From an uncultured virus (IMG/VR IMGVR_UViG_3300032286_001748) (lineage: Duplodnaviria; Heunggongvirae; Uroviricota; Caudoviricetes): 64,000 nucleotides of DNA. Each line of letters begins with the position of its first letter. Positions within the stretch are counted from its first letter, which is position 1. A model generated the notes under the pieces. The model saw only the letters and a program-made list of their open reading frames with translations, searched no databases and was not told where the DNA came from. Shown piece after piece: positions 17,870 through 26,472 of the stretch. The stretch lies in IMG/VR virus record IMGVR_UViG_3300032286_001748; one strand, written 5' to 3'. The position numbers and the translations under genes were made by a program.

Positions 17870-20266
17870 TCACCCGCGAGCGAGGATCGCCTCGGCTTGG
17901 CGCAGGAGCGCGCGACGGGAGCGGGGCGTGCGGTTGGGGCTGCCCGTCCCCTGCTTCCGGTAGCCACCCTTCGCGAGGGCCTTCTGCAGGAGGGCGACCG
18001 CCTGAGAGGCGAGCGGGATCAAGGTGGGCACGTCCGCGCGCAGCGCGTTGAGCTGGGCGGGGGTCAAGACCTCCCTCCACTCCGTGCCGTAGAAGCCGGG
18101 CCCCGAGACGTCGTCCTTGTAGAGGGTGAGGACGATCTGCGTGTTGTCTCCGTCGCTGTCTGCGACATCCGTGTAGAGGCGGATCTTGAAGTCCTCCTCG
18201 GGCGTGTGCTCCTCGTCCATCTGGGTCGGGAACCCCGCCTCGGAGAACAGCCGCGCGAACTCGACGGCGAAGCCGTACAGGGGCGACGTCTTCTCGCCGG
18301 CCATGCGATCGAAGATGCGTGCGTCCGCGCGGCCCCAACTCTTCCGCATCTTCACCTTGGCCTCGGGCTTCTTGCGCGGCTTCTTCGGCGCGGCGGGCGT
18401 GGAGGCGCCCTTCATCCCGAGCAGCCGCGCCGTGAGCAGCGTGAGCGGCGCGAGGAGCTGGGCCGTCCGGTCCGCCACCGACTCCCGCTTCGACGCGAAG
18501 GCCTCGTCGTGCTCAGGCAGCCCGAGCGCGTGGGTCACCTCGTGGCAGGCCTTGTTGTGCAGGTAGGCCGCGATGACCGCCGGGTTATCGGGGAGCGCCT
18601 GCGCGAGCTTGAGGACCGGGACCGGGTTGATCGAGAAGAGCCGGTTGTTCTTGGCGTCGTACTCGGCCCGGGTGCTGTCGTCGAAGAGGAAGCCCACCGT
18701 GAAATCCGGCGCGCGGCCGCGCACCTCGGCGTACACGAGCTGCACCGCGAGCCGCCAGAGGGCGAGCAGCGGGAGGAGGGCCGAGGGGTTCTTCAGGTAC
18801 GGCGCGAGCCGCTTCTTGTCCCACTGGGCGTGGTTGATCTTGAGCTTGCCGGCCCCGGCGAAGGGATTGCTGCCCCCGTCCGACCGCTTGGGGCGGGCGG
18901 CCTGGGGCTTCGCTTCCGGGGGCCGCTGCTGGAAGACGACCGTCTCCGCGAGGCGCTGGAAGGCCTCGGGCGTCTGGCCCGCGGTGGAGAGCGAGGTCTG
19001 GCGCTGCGGGGGGATCTGACGCTCGACCTGGCGGAAGGCCTGCCGGATGGCGTCCCCGGTCTGCCCGAGGGTCGCGAGGATCGCCCGGATCGCAGGATCG
19101 TCCGCCGCGAGCTGAAGGAGCGCCGCCATCTGGCCCTCGGTCAGGGCCTTCTTCTGGGGGTCGACCTCGTCCTCCCCGGTCAGCTCGGGCTCGGGCCCGC
19201 GGATGCTGGAGAGCACGTCCACGTTGAACTGGCCGAGGATGCGCGTGAGCGTCCGCTCGGCCGGGCCGCTGAGCGACATGCGGGAGGCCGTGAACGGGTA
19301 GCCGTCCTCCTTGGGCTGGATCTTCGTCGTGAGATCCACGATCACATCGAACTCGGCCTTCCCGTTCGCGAGCGACACGCTGAACTGGGTGAGCCCGACG
19401 AGGCGAACGTAGAGGTTCCCCCCGTCCTGACCCCGCTTGTACACGGTCACCGTCCCGGTCGTCCCGGGGCCCCAGTCGGCCCCCTCCTCGACGACCGTGC
19501 CTTTCCCCGAGAAGGCGTAGGGGACGCGGATGCCGTTGTAGAAGATCGGAAACGCGGTCTGGTTCGTCGCGAGGAAGGAGGTGATGCGCTCGGGGGTGGA
19601 CTGCACCCGCCCCTGGCTCCAGTAATAGTCGTACTTCTTTGCGACGTCGTTCACCGCGAGCCGCAGCCCCTGCCGGTAGGGGGCGCGCCGGATCTGGATG
19701 TCCGTATTGAACCCCTTCGCGATGAAGCGGTGGTCGCGCGTGTCGAGGACCCAGGTGAAGGTCGAGCTGGCCCCAAGCAGGAGCGCCTTGGCGAGCCCGA
19801 ACCCGCCGGCCTGGACGTCCTGACGGGAGGCGGTCAAGAGCTTCGTCGTGTCGCCCAGCGAGAGGAACTTCGTGTCGACGATCTCGCGGGACATTCCGAT
19901 CCCATTGTCGTCCCACACGAGCGTCCGGTTCTCCGGATCCCACTCGACCTTGAAGACGCCCTCCTGGATCTCCCCCGCCTTGATCGCGTCCCGGATGGCG
20001 TCCCGGCTGTTCTGGAGCGCCTCGCGGGTCGCGACCACAGGCACATCGACGTAGCTGCCGTAGAGCTTCTCCGCCGCCAGCGTCCACATCGCCGCCGCGT
20101 TGACCTTCGCGCGGGTCGTCCCGACGACCTGGCCCTGCGGGGACGCGCCGTGCTGCTGGAGGAAATCCGCGAGGGTGGCGCGCGAGCCGCGCCGAGGCGC
20201 GAGCGCGCCCGCCAGGGCCAGCACGCCGACCGCGCCGAGCGCGTAGGGGAGACCGGAGCGAGACAT
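17870..20266 (-). CDS. GHKL (Hsp90/MORC-like) ATPase fused to an HExxH domain; carries tag A followed by tag B
   Basis: REALQNSRDA, DDNGIGM, GGFGLAK Bergerat motifs; CHEVTH...HDEAF. Confidence 0.85.
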   Translation of the reverse strand: MSRSGLPYALGAVGVLALAGALAPRRGSRATLADFLQQHGASPQGQVVGTTRAKVNAAAMWTLAAEKLYGSYVDVPVVATREALQNSRDAIRDAIKAGEIQEGVFKVEWDPENRTLVWDDNGIGMSREIVDTKFLSLGDTTKLLTASRQDVQAGGFGLAKALLLGASSTFTWVLDTRDHRFIAKGFNTDIQIRRAPYRQGLRLAVNDVAKKYDYYWSQGRVQSTPERITSFLATNQTAFPIFYNGIRVPYAFSGKGTVVEEGADWGPGTTGTVTVYKRGQDGGNLYVRLVGLTQFSVSLANGKAEFDVIVDLTTKIQPKEDGYPFTASRMSLSGPAERTLTRILGQFNVDVLSSIRGPEPELTGEDEVDPQKKALTEGQMAALLQLAADDPAIRAILATLGQTGDAIRQAFRQVERQIPPQRQTSLSTAGQTPEAFQRLAETVVFQQRPPEAKPQAARPKRSDGGSNPFAGAGKLKINHAQWDKKRLAPYLKNPSALLPLLALWRLAVQLVYAEVRGRAPDFTVGFLFDDSTRAEYDAKNNRLFSINPVPVLKLAQALPDNPAVIAAYLHNKACHEVTHALGLPEHDEAFASKRESVADRTAQLLAPLTLLTARLLGMKGASTPAAPKKPRKKPEAKVKMRKSWGRADARIFDRMAGEKTSPLYGFAVEFARLFSEAGFPTQMDEEHTPEEDFKIRLYTDVADSDGDNTQIVLTLYKDDVSGPGFYGTEWREVLTPAQLNALRADVPTLIPLASQAVALLQKALAKGGYRKQGTGSPNRTPRSRRALLRQAEAILARG

Positions 20267-20610
20267 CAGCCCTCCAGCAGATCGAACATGTACTCAAACG
20301 GGTCGCCGCGCGTGAAGTGCATGAACACCTCCTCGGCCCGCTGGTTCGCCAAGCTGGCCTCCGCGGCGGTGAAGAGGGGCTCCCCGGTCGAGGTCCGGAC
20401 GATGTCGGATGCGTCGTCCTCGAGGTGGTAGCTGTGCCCGCTCCGCACCAGCTCGCGGAGGTAGGCCTCCGCGTCGGCCTGAGATCGGATCGCGCGGTGG
20501 AGGAGGGGGAAGGCGTGCGCGCGGCTCCCGCGGGACGCGGGGGAGGCGGCGGCGAGCGCGATGGCCCCTGCGCCCAGCGCCAGCAGGCCGATGGCGAGGG
20601 GCTTGCCCAT
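20266..20610 (-). CDS. Hypothetical protein with tag A leader
   Basis: MGKPLAIGLLALGAGAIALAAASPASRGSRA plus a small domain YHLEDDASDI...LFT..EA. Confidence 0.75.
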   Translation of the reverse strand: MGKPLAIGLLALGAGAIALAAASPASRGSRAHAFPLLHRAIRSQADAEAYLRELVRSGHSYHLEDDASDIVRTSTGEPLFTAAEASLANQRAEEVFMHFTRGDPFEYMFDLLEG

Positions 20611-21092
20611 CAAGACAGCGCAGCGAGGAGCTTGTTGGCGAGAGTGAGGTCGCGCAGGCTGTCGTAGCGCTTCCCGAGGACGTCCACGACCTCCTCCTGT
20701 CCCTGCAGGAACACGTCCTGATCGACCCGGTATCCGCCCTGCCCGTCGTCGGTGTAGAGCGTGGCGCCAACGTACGGCATGCGGAGGTTGGAGACGACCA
20801 CCAGGACGTTGTCGCCGTAGACATAGGCGTCCACGTCGTCCCCGCTCCCCGCGGGCGTCACGATGCGCTTCTTCCCGATCCGGATGACCTGCGGCGGGTG
20901 GAACATCCCCTTGGACTCCTCCGCCGTCGCCTTGACGAAGGTGAAGGGGAGGGTGCGGAGGCGGGTGCCGGTGGCGCGGGCGGCGCTGCCGGTGGAGCCG
21001 TACAGGCCCGCCTTGTTCGCGGCCCCCACCGCCGCAACGACGCCGACGAGTCCGAGGGTGACGAGGGCGCCGTTGTCGAGGATCTTGGTCAT
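20610..21092 (-). CDS. Hypothetical protein with tag A leader (DNG subtype)
   Basis: MTKILDNGALVTLGLVGVVAAVGAANKAGLYGS; leader nearly identical to that of 29005..29466. Confidence 0.75.
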   Translation of the reverse strand: MTKILDNGALVTLGLVGVVAAVGAANKAGLYGSTGSAARATGTRLRTLPFTFVKATAEESKGMFHPPQVIRIGKKRIVTPAGSGDDVDAYVYGDNVLVVVSNLRMPYVGATLYTDDGQGGYRVDQDVFLQGQEEVVDVLGKRYDSLRDLTLANKLLAALS

Positions 21093-21229
21093 GCGTGCTT
21101 CCGAGGAGGAGGGAGAGAGGGAAGGGAGGGAGGAGGCGCGCACCGCGCCGCGATGTTCAGATCATACCCGTGCGGGGAGAGCCCGCGAAGGCGGCGACCC
21201 CACGCGGAGGAGCGTGAGGGGCGCGCCGT

Positions 21230-21544
21230 TCACGCCTTGCCCTGCTTCACACGCCAGAGGCGTCCGATCTCCGCCATCGCCTTCGGGCCGTCCATGCCCT
21301 TCGCTTTGAGCAGCGGCATCTGCGCCTTCACGAAGAGGGCGTAGGGGCCGGGAGGGCCCTTCTCCTCGGGGGTCTTCTTGGCCTTGCGGCGCTTCTTGCC
21401 CCGCTTAGCCGGGCTGCCCTCGGTGGAGGCCGGCGCGGCCTTCTTCGCGCCGGGGCGCGTGGTGGCGTAGGCAAGCCCGCCCACGCCCGCCGCGAGGGCG
21501 AGCCAGGGGAGGGCAGTCTCAAAACTGGACTTCTCGTCGGCCAT
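21230..21544 (-). CDS. Basic protein with HMG-box/YABBY-like domain and TM leader
   Basis: Lys-rich linker then PPGPYALFVKAQMPLLKAKGMDGPKAMAEIGRLWR. Confidence 0.7.
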   Translation of the reverse strand: MADEKSSFETALPWLALAAGVGGLAYATTRPGAKKAAPASTEGSPAKRGKKRRKAKKTPEEKGPPGPYALFVKAQMPLLKAKGMDGPKAMAEIGRLWRVKQGKA

Positions 21545-21572
21545 GGTGAACTCCTTCGTGTTCCCCGAAGGG

Positions 21573-22307
21573 CTAACGCATCCGGGCGGCGTGCGCCTCG
21601 ACGAGCGCGCGCAGGCGGCGGGCGAACGAGGTGTCGTTGAAGGGGTTCGCGTTGAAGCTGTCGTGGTCGAGGGTCAGGCCGAGGTCCGAGACGTCCTCGC
21701 CCCGGATGCGAAGCACCCGCACATCCGACCCCGCTCCGCCCACAACCCCGATCACCGCGTCGAACACGCCGTCCCGCTTGAAGTACGGCTCGCCCCAGGC
21801 CTCCAGCACCTTGGCGGCGTAGCCGAGGTCGTCCAGGGACGAAAACGCCGTGAGGGACGAGCGTCCGTACGATCCGTCGAACCCCTGCAGGCTGACCTTC
21901 AGCCGCGGGGCCGAGGCGTGCTCGTAGATCGCCTTCTTCGCGAAGTTCAGGTCGGTCAGATCGTTCTGGTAGATCTCGGCCGAGCCATACGGGTCGGTCT
22001 GCCAGGGAGGGGTCTGCCGGCGCGACGTGGAGCGGTAGCCGGTGCTGGAGGGCGTGCGCGGGGCTTGGCGCTGGGGCGCCGGGGGCGTCATCGTCGCAAG
22101 GAGCCGCTGGGCCATCGCCCGCTCGTTCGCGGTCGCGCCCGAGCTGGGCGCGGCCATGCGCTGCAGATCGCGGTAGCGCTTGGCGGGGTCGACGGCGGCG
22201 CTGCCGCGCCCCGTTGAGCGCGAACCCTGGCCCTCCGACCACGCCGCCGCGCCGACGCCGACCACGCCGACGCCGAGGGCGAGCCAGGGAAAGAGGGGGC
22301 GCGCCAT
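21573..22307 (-). CDS. Hypothetical protein with tag A leader and DUF2786-like helical hairpin
   Basis: RYRDLQRMA...ATANERAMAQRLL after GRGSAA. Confidence 0.7.
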   Translation of the reverse strand: MARPLFPWLALGVGVVGVGAAAWSEGQGSRSTGRGSAAVDPAKRYRDLQRMAAPSSGATANERAMAQRLLATMTPPAPQRQAPRTPSSTGYRSTSRRQTPPWQTDPYGSAEIYQNDLTDLNFAKKAIYEHASAPRLKVSLQGFDGSYGRSSLTAFSSLDDLGYAAKVLEAWGEPYFKRDGVFDAVIGVVGGAGSDVRVLRIRGEDVSDLGLTLDHDSFNANPFNDTSFARRLRALVEAHAARMR

Positions 22308-22308
22308 C

Positions 22309-22629
22309 TCAGTAGCCTTCTTCGTACTCGGCCATCGACTGGAAGTCGTGGGACGCCGTCTCAGCGTTCCCGCCCGCGTAGATCTTCTTGGTCTTCGGGT
22401 AGTAGAACACCCGCTCGCCCTTCTTGAACGCGAGCCCCTTCGCGTCGGTGCCGGCGTACTTCGCGGTCATCCAGTAGGGGTCGCCGCCGTAGGAGGTGTA
22501 GGGGCGATAGGCGGCCGAGCCCTTCCGGCCCTCCTGCACCGCAGCCGCGCCGATGCCGACGACACCGACGCCGAGGGCGATCCAGTAGGCGGGGGAGGAG
22601 AAGACGGGGGACTTCGTGGTTTCGGCCAT
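22309..22629 (-). CDS. Small hypothetical protein with tag A leader
   Basis: TGGAGCCTCCC-ATG; cargo DPYWMTAKYAG...KKGERVFYYP. Confidence 0.75.
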   Translation of the reverse strand: MAETTKSPVFSSPAYWIALGVGVVGIGAAAVQEGRKGSAAYRPYTSYGGDPYWMTAKYAGTDAKGLAFKKGERVFYYPKTKKIYAGGNAETASHDFQSMAEYEEGY

Positions 22630-22652
22630 GGGAGGCTCCAGAGGGAAGACGT

Positions 22653-23144
22653 TCAGGCCGCGCGGCGGGCGCGACCGGTGAGGGAGAGGAGGGCTTCGAT
22701 CTCCGCAGCCGTCTCGGCGCGCTCGCTCGGATCGGTGAGGCGCGGGAGCGCTGCTTGATACTGGTGCAGGGTCGTGCGCCACGAGTTGATGTTCGCGGGG
22801 TCGCGCTTCCCCACGTCCGTCGTGTTCCACCACGCCTGGAGCTTCGGGTAGCGCGCGAACACGGCCTGCATCACCCGGTAGCGCCGGAGCCGGTTCGACG
22901 GCGTGGCGGCGTAGGTGAGCGCGAGCTGGCCGTGCCGGTAGTCGTGGATGGGGTAGCTGCGGTCCTCGGGGAAAACGAAGTCCCCCGCCGGGAGCCGGGC
23001 GCGGGACAGGTCCGTGAAGGCCGCGCGGCTCCCCTCGGGCAGCACCGTCCGCGAGCCCTTCGGGCCCCAGAGCTGGGCTACGACCACGAGCAGGCCCGTC
23101 GCGCCGAGCGCGAGGAGGGTGCCGTTGTCGAGGGCCTTGGTCAT
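22653..23144 (-). CDS. DUF6582-like phage protein with tag A leader
   Basis: RARLPAGDFVFPEDRSYPIHDYRHGQLAL pattern. Confidence 0.65.
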   Translation of the reverse strand: MTKALDNGTLLALGATGLLVVVAQLWGPKGSRTVLPEGSRAAFTDLSRARLPAGDFVFPEDRSYPIHDYRHGQLALTYAATPSNRLRRYRVMQAVFARYPKLQAWWNTTDVGKRDPANINSWRTTLHQYQAALPRLTDPSERAETAAEIEALLSLTGRARRAA

Positions 23145-23145
23145 G

Positions 23146-23640
23146 TCAGTCCTCGTCCCCTTCCCGCGCCATCGAGATCAGGTCGTCGAGCCGGTGCGCG
23201 AGGCGGGAGATCGCAGGGTTCTTCTTCATCGCGGCGTCGAGCTTCTTGCCCAGCGCGTCTGCCTTGCTCCGGGGGAGGCCCGCCTCGACGAACAGCTCGC
23301 CGTCCCAGAGGCCGATGCCGTGCCCGACGAGGCTTGCGTAGGTGCGGTAGGCGACGGCATCCATGTCGATCCCATCCACCCCCACATCGTTCTGGATGTC
23401 CCATGCGTGGTAGGCCGCCCGGACCTTGTCGGTGAACGCCTCTGCGGCGCGCCGCATCTCCGGCGTGACCTCACCCTCGGGCTCCGTGAAGAACTCGACC
23501 CACTCGCTCGCCGCGTAGCGGCGCCCGCGGCTGCCCGCCTTGCGGCCCTGCATCGCCGCGAGCGTGATGCCGCCGATGCCCACCGCCAGCTCGAGCCAGT
23601 AGGTGGGAGACGTGAAGACGGAGCGGTAGGGGGTGCTCAT
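23146..23640 (-). CDS. Hypothetical protein with tag A leader
   Basis: MSTPYRSVFTSPTYWLELAVGIGGITLAAMQGRKAGSRG; leader related to that of 22309..22629. Confidence 0.7.
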   Translation of the reverse strand: MSTPYRSVFTSPTYWLELAVGIGGITLAAMQGRKAGSRGRRYAASEWVEFFTEPEGEVTPEMRRAAEAFTDKVRAAYHAWDIQNDVGVDGIDMDAVAYRTYASLVGHGIGLWDGELFVEAGLPRSKADALGKKLDAAMKKNPAISRLAHRLDDLISMAREGDED

Positions 23641-24299
23641 CGGGAGCCTCGGTGACGAAGGGAGAAGGCCTGAACAGAGAGGTCGCGCGGGGGTTCGGCC
23701 GTGTGACGGGCGGCAGCGGGGCGGCGCGCGGCTGAGCCGGTGCCGGCGGTGCGCTGGCGCAGCAGGTAGCGGTTCGTGTCGTGCGCGTCGGCCATCGCCA
23801 TCAAGAAGTCGTCGAGGCCGAGCGACAGCTCGCCCGAGGCCTTGAGCGCGTCGTAGACCGCGCGGAGCGCGAGCTGCAGCGACTCCTCCGCGTGGAGGGC
23901 CTGGGTGATCGGATTCGAGGACGCGGACTGCCAGGCCTCGATGAGCCGCAGGGACTTCTCGGTCACCACCCGGCTGTTCACGAAGGAGGGGCCCGCGTAG
24001 GCCACGATGCGCTCGCCCAGCGTGTCGATCTCGTCCTGGAGGGCCGGGGAGCCGTCCCCGCCCGCGTAGAGGCGCTGGAGGAGCTGGTGGTCGCCGTAGA
24101 AGGTCGACCCCGATACGATCCAGTGGCCCTCGTGGATGGAGATCTGCATCGCGCGCAGCACCGCGAGGAGGCCCTGGAGCGCCTCGCCGGAGGCGGGCGC
24201 GAGAGAGCGCGAGCCCCGGCGCGCAAATGCGCCCGCGGCCGCCGTGAGCCCCACCGCGCCGAGCGCGAGGAGCGTGCCGTTGTCGGTCAAGCGAGCCAT
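23637..24299 (-). CDS. dps: Dps/ferritin-like protein with tag A leader
   Basis: HWIVSGSTFYGDHQLLQRLY...EIDTLGERI ferroxidase pattern; C-terminal H..NRYLL. Confidence 0.8.
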   Translation of the reverse strand: MARLTDNGTLLALGAVGLTAAAGAFARRGSRSLAPASGEALQGLLAVLRAMQISIHEGHWIVSGSTFYGDHQLLQRLYAGGDGSPALQDEIDTLGERIVAYAGPSFVNSRVVTEKSLRLIEAWQSASSNPITQALHAEESLQLALRAVYDALKASGELSLGLDDFLMAMADAHDTNRYLLRQRTAGTGSAARRPAAARHTAEPPRDLSVQAFSLRHRGSR

Positions 24300-24432
24300 G
24301 GGAGAGCGTCCGGACGAAGCGGGAGGACACCTCGTCGGGGTGCAGTCTAACGGTGCGACGTGCAGAAGCAAGGAGCGCGCGCGACACTTGCGGGAGCGTA
24401 AGCGGTCGCATAGAGGGGGCGCGGAGGCCCCC

Positions 24433-24828
24433 ATGTCCGACACCCCGAAGCCCGAATCGTCCCTGAACCCCATCCTCTCCCCCGCCGAGAACGCGATGCT
24501 GCGCCAGGCGGGCGTCGATCCGAGCGCCTACGGCGCGCTCGTGGCGCAGGCGCAGGTGGATGGGCGCCAGAGGATGGCGATGGGGCCGATCCAGACGCCC
24601 GAGGGGCCGGTCGAGTGCCTGATCGTCCCGCTGGTGATGTTCGTCCCGCTTCACCAGCTCGCCCCGCGCACCGGCCTGCTCGACACGAGCGGGCACCCGC
24701 CGAACCCGGTCGAGGGGATGGTCCCGATCGTCTCCGTGCGCGCGGTCCTGCCGCTGGAGCGCCTCCAGCTCCGGCCGAAGCTGAACCTGTTCGAGGGCGC
24801 GAACAGCGGGTTCGGGGAGGAGGGATGA
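24433..24828 (+). CDS. Hypothetical protein
   Basis: GGAGG RBS before ATG 24433; ATGA-coupled to the next gene. Confidence 0.7.
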   Translation: MSDTPKPESSLNPILSPAENAMLRQAGVDPSAYGALVAQAQVDGRQRMAMGPIQTPEGPVECLIVPLVMFVPLHQLAPRTGLLDTSGHPPNPVEGMVPIVSVRAVLPLERLQLRPKLNLFEGANSGFGEEG

Positions 24829-25355
24829 ACAAGCCCCTGTTCGATGCGCTGCTCGGGATGAGCCAAGCGCGAAGCGCGTTCGACGAGCGTGTGCTGAGCG
24901 CGCTGGAAACGTTCATGAAGGGGGAAGAAGAAACGCGGGCCGCAACGCGGACGCCCATCCCCGTCTTGATCCCGAGCGCGCGGGAGGGAGGACTCATCCT
25001 TCTCAAACCCGGACAGCACGCCGGTCCGATCACCGAACAGGTCTCCTGGACGACATGGAAGATGGTCGGCTTCGGCCTGTCGGGAGATCTACCCGAGACG
25101 GTTCAGATCTCGTGCATCCAGTGCCATGGAGGGATGAACCTCCTCTGGCACGAAGACTGGACGCCGCTTCGGGCCTACCAGGAGAACCCCGTGTCCCTCC
25201 GCGAGACTCCGATCGTCAAGGCTCCCAACTGCGTCACGTTCTCCGTGCGCAACGTGGGCACCGATCCCGTCCAGTTCGCCCTCTGGGCGATTGGGGAGCC
25301 GGTAGGGAAACAGGAGTGGGATCTTGGCCAACCGGTGAGCGGAAAGCCGTGGTAG
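24825..25355 (+). CDS. Divergent, shortened paralogue of the putative capsid-protein family
   Basis: EQVSWTTWKMVGF...GGMNLLWHEDW...SLRETPIVKAPN aligns by eye with PQISWATLRIVGF...GGANLFVHEDF...GLRDYPILKSPN. Confidence 0.7.
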   Translation: MNKPLFDALLGMSQARSAFDERVLSALETFMKGEEETRAATRTPIPVLIPSAREGGLILLKPGQHAGPITEQVSWTTWKMVGFGLSGDLPETVQISCIQCHGGMNLLWHEDWTPLRAYQENPVSLRETPIVKAPNCVTFSVRNVGTDPVQFALWAIGEPVGKQEWDLGQPVSGKPW

Positions 25356-25585
25356 ACGGACGCGAAGAGGAAAGCCGACCGACCCCTGACCTCGAATCCT
25401 CCATCGACGGCGTACGCGACCTCCTGGATCGACTCGTCGAGAACCGGCGGTTCTCCCGAGACGCCGTCCTCGACGCGCTGCTCGAGATCGAGACCTACTG
25501 CCAGGAGTGGCGAGAGGCGCTCGCGTGCGATGCGCGGCGGGAAGAGGCGCGGGAGGGTCTTGACGCCCCCGAGGACGGGGAGTAG
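25349..25585 (+). CDS. Small acidic helical protein
   Basis: GTG start overlapping the upstream gene end; DLESSIDGVRDLLDRL...LLEIETYCQEW. Confidence 0.5.
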   Translation: MVDGREEESRPTPDLESSIDGVRDLLDRLVENRRFSRDAVLDALLEIETYCQEWREALACDARREEAREGLDAPEDGE

Positions 25586-25674
25586 AAGAAGGGCATGCGC
25601 TCGCTCGCCCACCATTGACGACCCCGCCCCGACGACCGGGGCTGCGTTCTGTTCGGCTGCGAAGCATCTCTCGT

Positions 25675-25752
25675 GCGTGTGTAGCTCAGTTGGCAGAGCA
25701 TCCGGCGTAATGAACCGGAAGGTCGGCGGTTCGATCCCGTCCGCGCGCACCA
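25675..25752 (+). tRNA. tRNA-like gene 1 with a 9-nt anticodon loop (identity undetermined)
   Basis: Acceptor GCGTGTG/CGCGCGC-A-CCA, D arm GCTC..GAGC, stem TCCGG/CCGGA around CGTAATGAA, T loop TTCGATC. Confidence 0.85.
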
Positions 25753-25758
25753 CCCTTT

Positions 25759-25832
25759 GCGGGGGTAGCTCAGCGAAAGAGCAACGGCCCAAACGCCGTC
25801 GGTCGCTGGTTCACGTCCAGCCCCCCGCACCA
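25759..25832 (+). tRNA. tRNA-like gene 2 with a 6-nt anticodon loop lacking U33
   Basis: Acceptor GCGGGGG/CCCCCGC-A-CCA, stem ACGGC/GCCGT around CCAAAC, T arm GCTGG-TTCACGT-CCAGC. Confidence 0.8.
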
Positions 25833-25836
25833 CTTC

Positions 25837-25915
25837 GCGCGCGTAGCTCAGCGGTCAGAGCACCCGAGGATGAAACCTTGGGAGGTCGGGGGTTCAAGTC
25901 CTTCCGCGCGCTCCA
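25837..25915 (+). tRNA. tRNA-like gene 3 with an extended 7-bp anticodon stem and 6-nt loop (contains T-GAA-A, Phe-like)
   Basis: Acceptor GCGCGCG/CGCGCGC-T-CCA, CCCGAGG-ATGAAA-CCTTGGG, T loop TTCAAGT. Confidence 0.8.
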
Positions 25916-25927
25916 CTTGGAGGCCGC

Positions 25928-26176
25928 GTGAACGAACGCGTCGTCTTCCACTTCAACCGGGCCAGCCTCGGCCGCCCCGACGTTCCGCCGTGGGTGGTGA
26001 AGCACCGCGGCCAGTCCCACTACGTCTGGCACCTCGACGCGCAGGTCGGGTTCTCTACGAAGGAGACCCCGGACAACCCGCACACCCAGGGCGCCCTCCA
26101 GCTCCGCGGCCACCTCCATCTCGTCGAGGTGGAGGGGAGGTTGCACGCCCGCATCGTTTCGGAGATCTCCCCATGA
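25928..26176 (+). CDS. Conserved phage hypothetical protein
   Basis: GGAGG RBS; VFHFNR...PPWVVK...STKETPDNPHTQG. Confidence 0.75.
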   Translation: MNERVVFHFNRASLGRPDVPPWVVKHRGQSHYVWHLDAQVGFSTKETPDNPHTQGALQLRGHLHLVEVEGRLHARIVSEISP

Positions 26177-26472
26177 AGCTCTACATCGTCGTCGACCGCG
26201 CCTTGAACGCAGGAATGAAGGCCGCGCAGGCCTGCCACGCCATGGCCGCGTGGCACCTCGCCCACCCGGAGTGGACGAGGCGCTGGATGGAGAGCAGCAA
26301 CACGCTCGTCGTCCTCCAGCACCCCGCGCTTCCCACGCTCGACGCACACCTCGCGGAACGCGGGCTCACCCGGATCCGCGTGGAGGAGCCCGACCTCGAC
26401 GGCCGACTCACCGCGCTGTGTGTGGAGCCCGGGGCGCGGCGGGAGCTGGCTGGGCTGGAGTTGGCGGGCTGA
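26173..26472 (+). CDS. Pth2-like peptidyl-tRNA hydrolase
   Basis: MKLYIVVDRAL.AG.KAAQACHA...W...SNTLVVL...EPDL.G.LTAL matches the Pth2 fold pattern. Confidence 0.8.
   Translation: MKLYIVVDRALNAGMKAAQACHAMAAWHLAHPEWTRRWMESSNTLVVLQHPALPTLDAHLAERGLTRIRVEEPDLDGRLTALCVEPGARRELAGLELAG

Noticed and set aside
5730..24299. RRGSR in tag A read as a Tat twin-arginine signal
   Set aside because: The arginines follow the hydrophobic helix rather than precede it, and the RRxFLK consensus is absent. Tag B has FL but no RR.
25675..25915. Assigning the tRNA-like genes as Ile, Trp and Phe, or as suppressors implying a recoded genome
   Set aside because: Loop sizes are non-canonical, so anticodons cannot be read reliably; genes end normally at TAG, TGA and TAA.
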